A stretch of 64,000 bases of DNA, taken from contig NC_090402.1 of the NCBI RefSeq assembly GCF_036365525.1, positions 23,071,308 to 23,135,307 on the forward strand, in the 5' to 3' direction. Positions within the stretch are counted from its first letter, which is position 1; each line of letters opens with the position of its first letter. The stretch comes from Heterodontus francisci (lineage: Eukaryota). A program made the position numbers and the translations under genes. This document shows, piece after piece, positions 13,396-23,817 of the stretch. The notes beneath the pieces are model-generated. The model saw only the letters and a list, made by a program, of their open reading frames with translations, did no database searches and was not told the origin of the DNA.

Positions 13396-14702
13396 TGTTA
13401 CGACCAGGTGAGGAAGGAATCTTCGGTTCCCCTCGTGTGCCTTTCCTGGTTTGTCCGCAACAGGGCTTATCTTTTAAAACACAGTGTTTTTAGCTTCACC
13501 TCAGTGAGTCGTTGCTCACTGCTCTCTAATTGTAATTTTAAATGAACCAACCAGACAGGATTTCTCAGGTTTAAACAAGAATGATGCAAGTTTATTAACC
13601 TTATCACTCTAACTCAGTTAAAATTATGCAACGCAACCACGCTAGCATGCATACAAGATAAACACACACACAAATAGACATAGAGGGGGACTAAGAATTA
13701 AAGGGGGAGGTTTACGTAGGGTTGGCAATAAATAGAATTCAGTTACTGTCCTTGAGTTTGGATGTAAAGTCCTTGATTGGATTTGAGGTCTTGCAGTTTT
13801 CGCTGGAACCCAGTGCATACTTTCAAACTTGCTTCTCTGGTACCAGAAGGCTAAAGAGGTCCTCTGTCTTGAGGCTTAAGCTGCTTCCATGGGCCCCTGG
13901 GACTTTGTTTGAGAGAGAGTCAGGGAGAGAGAGCTTCTTTCTCTTGGGTCTTCAAATTGCAAACCTTTCCGAGAGGTACAATTTGAACAGTTCCCAGTCT
14001 GGCCAGCAGCTAAGGCATGTGACCAGCTCTTTGTTTGAAACTGTATCTTCCGCGAAGGTTGTTGATTCTCAAAGTTCTCCAGTCACATTTGGTGGGATGT
14101 GGAGCTCTGGCTCTTACACAGACAAAGAAGGTTGATTATTATGATTGCCCAGACCAATCTTGTTAATTGAATCAGTGAGCACTCCCATTGTCTCTCTTTT
14201 CAACTGTCCCTCAGAAGGCCTATGTGCAGCCATGTTTCAGCTGTCCAACTCTGTGGTCTTTTTTAAACAAGTTCTGTGCAACTGTGGCACAGTGGCGTAG
14301 TGGTTAGCACCGCAGCCTCACAGCTCCAGCGACCCGGGTTCAATTCTGGGTACTGCCTGTGTGGAGTTTGCAAGTTCTCCCTGTGTCTGCGTGGGTTTCC
14401 TCCGGGTGCTCCGGTTTCCTCCCACATGCCAAAGACTTTCAGGTTGATAGGTAAATTGGCCATTATAAATTGCCCCTAGTATAGGTAGGTGGTAGGGAAA
14501 TATAGGGACAGGTGGGGATGTGGTAGGAATATGGAATTAGTGTAGGATTAGTAGAAATGGGTGGTTGATGGTCGGCACAGACTCGGTGGGCCGAAAGGCC
14601 TGTTTCAGTGCTGTATCTCTAAACTAAACTAAAAGGGTTCACGTAGTGTTCCATCTGACAAAATTAATATGTTTCCATTTGGCAGGTATGGTTTCTGTCA
14701 CA
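13396..14702. mobile_element. Solo LTR, same family as 3473-4482 in the opposite orientation
   Basis: Starts TGTTAC, ends GTCACA. Perfect 4-bp TSD ctga (13392-13395 / 14703-14706). Contains an HE1 SINE. Confidence 0.85.
14284..14633 (+). mobile_element. HE1-type tRNA-derived V-SINE
   Basis: A box (tggcgtagtggtt), B box (ggttcaattc), V-domain tctccctgtgtctgcgtgggtttcctccgggtgctccggtttcctccca, CR1-like tail with (taaac)n. Confidence 0.9.
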
Positions 14703-16307
14703 CTGATAAAACTGGTTGGCAGTGGGAACACATTGGGGAGCCAGCCTGACACAGGCCCATGGCATTTTATCAGCTCCTTCCCCACCTCCATTCCTGCTGC
14801 CTTGGGGCCGGTAAAACTCTGCCCTTTGAGCTTGCCTAAAGCTATCACAGCTCTCTGTTTACAAAATCTGACAACAAATATGTGGGTCTTTCTTCATCTC
14901 TTTCCTGTCCCCAAAGGAAGTTCAGGTTTGGTTCCTGCAGGGGATGATGAGCAGACATGCTATTAAAACCTACACTGCATCCCTTCCTTTTGAAACTCGC
15001 TTCATGCAAAGCTCAACAGGATGGGACATACTAACACCCTGTGCAATCTTACATTCTGGCACTTTATTGATATTGCCAATATTAAAAATGCTATAACCAG
15101 GAATATTAAGTTTTCAGTTCTGTCCAAACCGAAACAATGTCTCTGTCATAAGTATTATTTCATTAGCCCACCCCAAAGTTGTTATTGATGCTTCTAATTC
15201 TCCAATTTTGTTTAAAGTGCTTTTTGTGTTCACATATCTACCCCTGAATCCTGACTCCAATTTTTAAAAGAAAAATATTTTTTGAAATATCTTTTTTTCC
15301 CCCTAGTCTTCTCATTTTACTTTTTGATAGTCTTTGCCCATTCTACAGCAGTCTTTTCTACTTCTCACTACCCCAAAGCCTCTTGCTTCTCCTTTCTCCT
15401 CTGGTAATTTTTTAAAATTTCACTTGACCTTTTGCTTTTATTCCCAAAAAATTAATCCTGCTTTCCTGCTATAGTACCAAGCCTTCCTGACCGTGCTAAT
15501 TTCCACAGTTAGGAAGACAACATTTTGCAAATCAAACATGCACTGCTGTTCTTAGGCTTCCTCTGCAATCCTCTGAGAAAATGCACATTCTGTGGAGGAA
15601 ATTAACAGGTTTTAATTCCCGTCTGACACTTCACTGCCATACAGTGTCCGATCCAGTGACAAATCTGAAAACTGATTCTTGCAACCTCTGCCTTGGAGTG
15701 CAGCGTCATACTTGCAGAGCAGCCCTAGTGAAACCTTATTTGCAAACTTTGAGAAAAACAGACAAAAGTAGTAAATAGAGCTGTTCGGTGGGAGGGAATT
15801 GTATTACAGTCAAGAGTTAGTAAAAAAAGCTTGTATCAAAACATTACACTTGCAAGAAGCTCAACTAACTTTTACTTTCTGTGCTTTTTACTCCTTACGT
15901 TGTTTTCATACATGCTAAATAAATGCACAAGTATGTTCAAAGCTGTAATGTATCAAAGGATTGAAATGACATTAAAACCATAAGTGGTATACTGGAAGTT
16001 ATTCTGTGATGGGTAGGATTTCGTGTAACCACTGAAAGTGACAAATCTGTCCAGTTTCTGTAAAACAGTGGTCCAGTATCAAAAATGGTCGGTGCTTCTG
16101 TAACATGGGAATTCTTGTGGGTTGAATTTGTATCAGCGTTCAAACAGGAGGCGTGGAAGCAACAAGAAGCAGCTAATCGATCAACTAAAGTTGTTGAAGT
16201 TTATTCTTGTAGCTGTGCAATGCACAGATCAGGAACTTTACATCACATCAAAGTGACAAGGCATAATTTACCCTTGAGGCCGAGCAGATGCCATTTTTTG
16301 GATAAAA

Positions 16308-16432
16308 TAAAAGCAGATACTGAAAATCTGAAATAAAAACAGAAAGTGCTGGAAATACTCAGCAGGTCAGGCAGCATCTGTGGAGCAAGAAGCAGAGTTA
16401 ATGTTTCAGGTCTGAGACCTTTCATCAGAACT
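16308..16432 (-). mobile_element. Penelope-like element terminal fragment with minimal hammerhead ribozyme motif
   Basis: - strand 16432-16396 reads AGTT CTGATGA AAGGTC TCA GACCT GAAA CA TT AACT. Same terminus as 30130-30236. Confidence 0.7.
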
Positions 16433-17119
16433 TCAGCTGTTGGTTTCCGTCAGGATAATGAGGACACAGAGGCAAATAGCAATGTCAACTCCACGTGAAG
16501 AATATCTGAGACCTTGGAAACAGCTATATAAGTAGCTGCATGATGTGAAAAAGTACATGAAAGTAAGTAGTAACATGCCAAATGACCTGTATAAAGACAT
16601 GTCATTGTTCAGATTAGGCAAACTGATCAGAGTATTCTTAGATTTGGCAAATGGTGAGGAGCACCACAAATAGATCTGAGCTGGTATTGTTTCAAGGAGT
16701 CTAAGAGAGGGGCACAGAAACAGGTGTCAAATTGTTGTAGAAATGACTCTCAGCATATGCACAAAACACTTGACTCTGACCAGGCACTGATTAAAAGTAT
16801 TCAAGTATGTTGACTCTAACTTCTTAAAGGGAAAGTTTTAGGAAAGCACTGTTTCAGCAATTAGATGTAGGAACAATATGTAATTGAATGCAATTTCTAC
16901 TATGCTGCTCTACTTGCAAGCAACATTTACCTGGTGGTGATCCATTGCAAAAGAAGGCCCAGACAGTGCATAAGAAGCAATAGTTGACTTGATACAGTCC
17001 AATACACTGCATCGTATTGGTGGGACTGACCAGCAATAAGCGTTTGCCATTGTCTACTTTATGTTTAATCTGGCTGACCAGTGCACAATGTCCATTTAGT
17101 GATTAAAACAGCAGTTTCA

Positions 17120-17238
17120 GATGGACTGCAGTGGTTCAAGAAGGCAGCTCACCACCACCTTCTCAAGGGCAATTAGGATGGGCAACAAATGCTGGCCTTG
17201 CCAGCGATGCCCACATCCCACGAAATGAATTAAAAAAT
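17120..17238 (+). mobile_element. 3' tail of Zenon-like CR1-superfamily LINE
   Basis: ggactgcagtggttcaagaaggcagctcaccaccaccttctcaagggcaattagg... matches the 3' end of 23818-26549. Confidence 0.75.
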
Positions 17239-17845
17239 GCTCTTGTCATTTTCTGATAATTTCTGAGCATTGGGATTCACAGCATTGGGAAATGTGCAAC
17301 ATAAGGTAAATATACAAATGAACGTACAGATTAAAAGCAGCAGTAGGCAATTCGGCCCCTCAGGCCTGCTCCACCATTTGATAAGATCATGGTTAATCTG
17401 GCTGTGACCTCAACTCTGCTTTTCTGTCTACCCCCTGTACCCTTTGACTCCCTTGTCAATCAAGAGTCTATATAACTCAGCCTTAAAAATATTCAATGAC
17501 TCTACCTCCACTGCTCTCTGGGGAACAGAATTTTCCACTGACTAATGACCCTCTAAGAGAAAAAATTTCTCCTCATCTCTGTCGTAAATGGGAGACCCCT
17601 TATTTTTAAACTGTGTTCCTTGGTTCTAGTCTCTCTCATAAGGGGAAACATTCTCTCAACATCCACCCTGTCAAGTCCCCTCAAGATCTTATATGTTTCA
17701 ATAAGATCACCTCTCATTCTTCTAGACTCCAATGGATACAGGCCTAACCTGTTCAACCTTTCCTCATAAGATAATCTCTTCATCCGAGGAATCAGTCGAG
17801 TGAACCTTCTCTGAACTACTTCTAATGCAATTATATCCTTTCTTG

Positions 17846-18767
17846 ATCAAGAAGTTTGCAGACGACACAAAGATTGACCGTGTGATAGATAGTGAGGAGG
17901 ATAGCTGTAGGCTACAGGAAGATATGGATGGTCTAGTCAGAAGGGCAGAAAAGTGGCAAATGGAATTCAACTTGGAGAAGTGTGAGGTGATGCATTTGGG
18001 GAGGTCAAACAAGGCAAAGGAATACACGATTAATGGGAGAATACTGAGAAGTGTAGTGGAAGTAAGAGACCAACAGAGGGTTAGAGGGACCTTCGTGTAC
18101 TTGTCCATAGATCACTGAAGGCAGCAGCACAGGTAGATAAGGTGGTTAGGAAGGCATATGGGATACTTGCCTTTATTAGCCAAGGGAGGTTATGATGGAG
18201 CTGTATAAAATGCTAGTTAGACCACAGCTGGAGTACTGTGTACAGTTCTGGTCGCCACACTATAGGAAGGATGTGATTACACTGGAGAGGGTGCAGAGAA
18301 GATTCACCAGGATGTTACCTGGGCTGGAGCATTTCAGTTATGAAGAGACACTGGATAGGCTAGGGTTGTTTTCTTTAGAGCAGAGAAGGCTGAGGGGGGA
18401 CTTGATTGAGGTATACAAAATTATGAGGGGTATAGATAGTTAGAAACTTTTTCCCTCAGCAGAAGTGTCAATAACCAGGGGGCAGATTTAAGGTAAGGGG
18501 CAGGAGGTTTAGAGGGTATTTGGGGAAAAAGTTTTTCACCCAGAGTGTGGTTGGAATCTGGAACACACCGCCTGAAGGGGTGGTGGAGACAGGAACCCTC
18601 ATAACATTTAAGAAGTATTTAGATGAGCACTTGAGATGCGATAGCATACAAGGCCACGGGCCAAGTGCTGGAAAATGGGATTAGAATAGATAGGTGCTTG
18701 ATAGCTAGCACAGACACAATGGGCCGAAGGGCCTGTTTCTGTGCTGTATAACTCTATGACTTTATGA
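17846..18767 (+). mobile_element. 5'-truncated CR1 LINE (RT C-terminus to tail)
   Basis: [28 protein letters not shown]. Tail ctctatgactttatga. Confidence 0.85.
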
Positions 18768-19469
18768 TGTTTGAGTTAATGAATGTCCACAGATCCCTGA
18801 AGGTAGCAGGACAGGTCGATAAGGTGATTAAGAAGGGATATGGAATCCTTTCCTTTATTAGCCAAGGTATAGAATATAAGAGCGGGGAGGTTATGCTGGA
18901 ACTGTATAAATAATTGGTTAGGCCACAACTTGAGTACTGTGTGCAATTCTGGTCACCTCATTACAGAAAGGATGTAACTGCACTACAGAGGGTACAGAAG
19001 AGATTTACAAGGATGTTGCCAGGACTTGAAAAATGCAGACTATGAGGAAAGATTGGATAGGCTGGGGTTGTTCTCCTTGGAACAGAGAAGGCTGAGGGGA
19101 GATCTGACTGAAAGGTACAAAATTTTGAGGGCCTGGATAGAGTGGAGGTGAAGGGTCTATTCACCTTAGCAGAGAGATTAGTGACGAGGGGGCATAGATT
19201 TAAAGTGTTTGGTTGAAAAATTAGAGGGGAGATGAGGAAAAACTTTCACCCAGAGGGTGGTGATGGTCTGGAACTCACTGTCTGAAAGGGTAGTTGAGGC
19301 AGAGACCCTCAACTCATTTAAAAGGAGTCTGTATATGCACCTCAAGTGCCATAAGCTGAAGGGCTACAGACCAAATGTGGAAGGTGGGATTAGAATAGGA
19401 GGATAGTCTTTTGGCCAGCACAGACACGATCGGCTAAGTGGCCTCTTTCTGTGCCTTAAACCTTCTAAT
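18768..19469 (+). mobile_element. Second 5'-truncated CR1 LINE in tandem
   Basis: Repeats the CR1 3' region ([18 protein letters not shown]) and 3' UTR. Confidence 0.8.
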
Positions 19470-19781
19470 TGACATTGATCACAAGTCGTGGGAGTCAGTT
19501 GCCAGCATTCGCCAGAGCTGGCGGGCAGCCATAAAGACAGGGCTAAATTGTGGCGAGTCGAAGAGACTTAGTAGTTGGCAGGAAAAAAGACAGAGGCGCA
19601 AGGGGAGAGCCAACTGTGCAACAGCCCCAACAAACAAATTTCTCTGCAGCACCTGTGGAAGAGCCTGTCACTCCAGAATTGGCCTTTATAGCCACTCCAG
19701 GCGCTGCTTTACAAACCACTGACCACCTCCAGGCGCGTATCCATTGTCTCTCGAGATAAGGAGGCCCAAAAGAAGAAAAAG
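19470..19781 (+). mobile_element. 5'-truncated RTE LINE, near-identical to 413-722
   Basis: Direct comparison shows only 2 visible substitutions over about 300 bp. Confidence 0.92.
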
Positions 19782-21500
19782 ATTCTAAAGGAGACCAAAA
19801 CTGTATGCAGTACTCCAGATGTGGTCTCACCAAACTCTGTACAACTGTAGTAAAACTTCCTTACTTTTATATTCTATTACCTTGCAATAAACAACATTCC
19901 ATTTGCCTTCCTAATCTGGACACCCAGATCGCCTCTACCGCAGAGTTCTGCAATCTCTCTCCATTTAAATAAAAAATGCTTTTCTATTCTTCCTGCCAAA
20001 GTGGACAAGTTCACATTTTCTCACATTATAATCCATTTGCCAAATTTTTGCCACCTCACTTAAACTATCTGTATCCCTTTTTCAGACTCCTTATGTCCTC
20101 TTCACAACTTACCCTCCTACCTACCTTTGTGTCATCAGAAAATTTAGCTTTCATCCAAGTCACTTATATAGATTATAAATAGTTGAGGCCCCAGCACTGA
20201 TCCCTGTGGCACTCCACTAGTTACAGTATGCCTTCCTGACAAGGACCCATTTATCCCTACTCTCTGCTTCCTGTATGCTAACCAATGCTCTATCCATGCT
20301 AATATGTTACCTCCTATAACATGAGCTTTTATTTTGTGCAGCCTTTGATGTAGCACCTTATCAAATGCCTTTTGCAAATCCAAGTACATCACATCTACAA
20401 GTTCCTCTTTATCCACGTTGCTTGTTACTTCCTCAAAGAATCCAATAAATTTGTCAAACATGATTTCCCTTTCACAAAACCATGTTGACTCTGCCTGATT
20501 GCATTAAGATTTTCGAAGTGTCCTGCTATAACTTCCTTCATAATAGATTATAGAATTTTCCCTATGACAGACGTTTGGCTAACTGCTTTCTGTCTCCCTC
20601 CTTTCTTGAATAGAGGAGTTACATTCGTTATTTTCCAATCTGATGTGACCATTCCAGAATCTAGGGAATTTTGGAAAATTACAACCAATGCATCTACTAT
20701 CTCCGCAACCACTTATTTTAAGATCCTAGCATGAAGTCCATCAGGTCCTGGGGACTTGTCAGTCTTTAGTTCTAATAGTTTTCTCAGTACCCTTTCCTTG
20801 GTGATTGTAATTGTTTTATGTTCCTCCCTCCCTTTCATCTCTTGATTGACAAGTATTTCTGGACTGTTACTTGTGTCTTCAACAGTAAAGACAGACACAA
20901 AATATCTGTTCAACGTTTCCACCATTTCCTTATTTCCCATTATTAATTCCACAGACTCACTCTCTATGTTCACTTTTATTACTCTTTTCCTTTTTAAATA
21001 CTTGTAGAAACTCTTACTGTCTCTTTTAATATTTCTAGCTAGCTTTCTCTCACACTCTAATTGTCCCTCCTTTTTCTTTGAAGACATTCTTTGCTGGTTT
21101 TCAAATTCTGTCCAATCTTCTGGCCTAACACGAATCTTTGGAGAATTGTACACTTTTTCTTTCAATTTGTTACAATCTTTAACTTCCTTAGTTAGCTACG
21201 GATGGTGCATCCTGCACCTAGAGTCTTTCTTTCTTACTAGAATGCATCTTTGCTGAGTGCTATGAATTATCTCCTTAAATGCCTGTCAGTGCACCTCTAC
21301 TGACCTACCCCTTAACCTAATTTCCCAGTTCACTTTAGACGGCTCTATCTTCGCATCCTTGTAATTGCCTTTAAGTTTAAAACAGTAGTCTTAGGCACAC
21401 AGTAGTCTTAAGACTTCTCTCCCTCAAACTGAATGTGAAATTCAATCATGTTATGATCACTGTACCTAGAGGCTCCTTTACTATGAGGCCATTAATTGAT

Positions 21501-21816
21501 TTATTTTTTTTATTTTAGAGATACAGCACTGAAACAGGCCCTTCGGCCCACTGAGTCTGTGCCGACCAAGAACCACCCATTTATACTAACCCTACAGTAA
21601 TCCCATATTCCCTACCACCTACCTACACTAGGGGCAATTTACAATGGCCAATTTACCTATCACCTGCAAGTCTTTGGCTGTGGGAGGAAACTGGAGCACC
21701 CGGTGAAAACCCACGTGGTCACAGGGAGAACTTGCAAACGCCGCACAGGCAGTACCCAGAATTGAACCCGGGTCCCTGGAGCTGTGAGGCTGCAGTGCTA
21801 ACCACTGTGCCGCCCT
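21501..21816 (-). mobile_element. HE1-type V-SINE
   Basis: Reverse complement of the 14284 element. Confidence 0.88.
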
Positions 21817-23817
21817 GTACACTACCAAGTCTAAAACAGCCTGCTCTCTGGTTGGCTCTAGAACATGTAGTTCCAAGGAATTGTCCCGAATACACTCTAT
21901 GAACTCATCTTCCAGACTACCTTTGCCGATTTGATTCGTCCAATCTATGTTTAGATTAAAATCATCCATGATTATTGCCATACCTTTCTTACAAGCCCCC
22001 ATTATTTCTTCATGTATAGCCCATATTAAAGTGTAGTTACTGTTAGGGGTCTATAAACTACTCCCACAAGTGACTTCTTACCATTGCTATTTCTTAACTC
22101 TACCCAAACTGATTCGACATCTTGATCTTTAGAACTAAGGTCATCTCTCACTATTGTCCCAAAGTCATCCTTAATTAACAAAGCCACCCCACCACTTTTT
22201 CCTAGCTTTCTGTCCTTCCGAAATGTCAAGTACCCTTGAACATTCAGGTACCCGCCTTGGTCACCTTGTAGCCACATCTCTGTAATGGCTATCAGGTCAT
22301 ACATATTTATTTCTATTTGAGCTGATAATTCATCAGTTTTGTTACGAATGCTACAGGCATTCAGATACAGAGCCTTTCATTCTGTCTTTTTACTACTTTT
22401 GGAAACTCTGGCCTTATCTGCTGGCTCACTCTTAAGTTTGTACACTCTGTCCCTTCCTGCCACGCTCTGATTATCATTGCCCTTATTGCTACCTTCTCTC
22501 TTGCCTAGGCCTTGCCCTTTAATTTACCACATCTTCCCTCACGTGATCCCTCACCTCCACTATTTTAGTTTAAAGCCCTCTCTACCGCCCTAGTTATACG
22601 ACTCACCAGAGCACCAATCACAGCACGGTTCAGGTGAAGACTATCTCAATGATACAGTTCCTACTTTCCCCAGTACTGGTGCCAGTGCCCCATGAGTCAA
22701 AACCCATTTCTCCCACACCAATCTCTGAGCCACACATTTAACTCCCAAATCTTATTTACCCTACGCCACTTTGCTCATGGTTCAGGTAAAAATCGAGGGA
22801 TTATTAGCTTTGAGGCTCTGCTTTTTAATTTAGCGTCTAGCTGCTCATACTCCCGATGCAGAACCTCTTTCCTATTCCTATCTACATCGTTGGTACCCAC
22901 ATGGGCCACGACAACTGGATCCTTCCCCTCCCATTGCAAGTTCCTCTCCAGCCCCGAGCAGATGTCCCGAACCCTGGCACTCGGCAGGCAACACAGCCTT
23001 CTGGACTCACGCTCTTGGCTACAGAAAACTGCGTCTAGCTCCCTGACTATATTCCTATTTACTCCCCCCTGCTGGAATGGCTTAGGAACATAGACTCCTG
23101 CATCACAGTGCCAATGTCAGTTTGCTCATCCACCCTGCAGCCCCTGCTCTCATCCATACAAGCTGCAAGAACCTCGAACCTGTTGGACAATTGCAAGGGC
23201 TGAGGCTCCTTCACTTATACCTTCTCAATCCCCATACCTGCCTACAAGAAAGATGTGAACCCACTCCACTGCATATTTTTTCAGTATCCTTCCAACATCC
23301 GCAACAGGTACTCCCTTTGAGTCTGGCACAGATAATTATTTAGTGGAAAAAATCACAGGTGGGTAGATACCAAACACCTATGAGGAAGGGGCTCAGTGTT
23401 ATATTTGAAAGGGTAAGTTACTCTGGGGCCTATGGCCATTGCAAAAAGTTGTAGGACTCCAATAATTTCATTAGATTGGAGCTGTATTTAGCATAAAGCA
23501 AAAAGCTGCCAATCACTTGAATTCACAGCATCTCAGTGCTGTCCAAAATTCACAACACATTGCAATCTATAAAAAATAGCACTATAAGTGCTATCGGTGC
23601 TGAGCAAATAGATATCATAGTTGACTCATTTTCCTTTCTTTTTCAGTTTGCACAATGGAAAGAAGAGTGCCTATCTGTTTGTGCCTATTTGGGAGAATTT
23701 TGCTGGTTTAGGTGTTCAAGGAAGCTGAGAACCTCTTCTCAACAATTATCTCTGTAAGTCATGCACCAACCTGTTTCCTGTAGCAAGGCACCGAACATTC
23801 AGACACGAAGTAAATTT

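Larger units (their letters stand above)
6120..14824. mobile_element. PIF/Harbinger transposon, decayed, hosting nested CR1, LTR and SINE
   Basis: Myb-like exon about 6380-6613 (+, ends AAG|gtgagt). DDE transposase on - strand 7800-8900 (KVYCQRLSF..., MPVALK, FVNRKGFHSLNV, RFRCLVRSG..., CCALH) with stops. Imperfect TIRs gtgctgaactttacc (6120) and ggtaaaactctgccc (ending 14824). Confidence 0.75.
17312..23245 (-). mobile_element. Long decayed CR1 LINE (ORF1 esterase to ORF2 3' end), interrupted at 17845/19782 and by an HE1 SINE
   Basis: Minus ORFs 17553-17783, 20144-20461 (GVPQGSVLGP), 20713-21165 (SPGPDG), 21628-22304 (endonuclease). ORF1-like 22570-23245. Sequence resumes at about 19787 where it stopped at 17845. 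Confidence 0.85.

Noticed and set aside
14284-14360. tRNA gene (also 21750-21816, 46926-46990, 53450-53520)
   Set aside because: A/B boxes continue directly into SINE bodies and tails, so these are tRNA-derived SINE heads.
19438-19722. 94-aa Zn-finger protein ORF
   Set aside because: Chance fusion of a CR1 3' UTR with the truncated RTE C-terminus.
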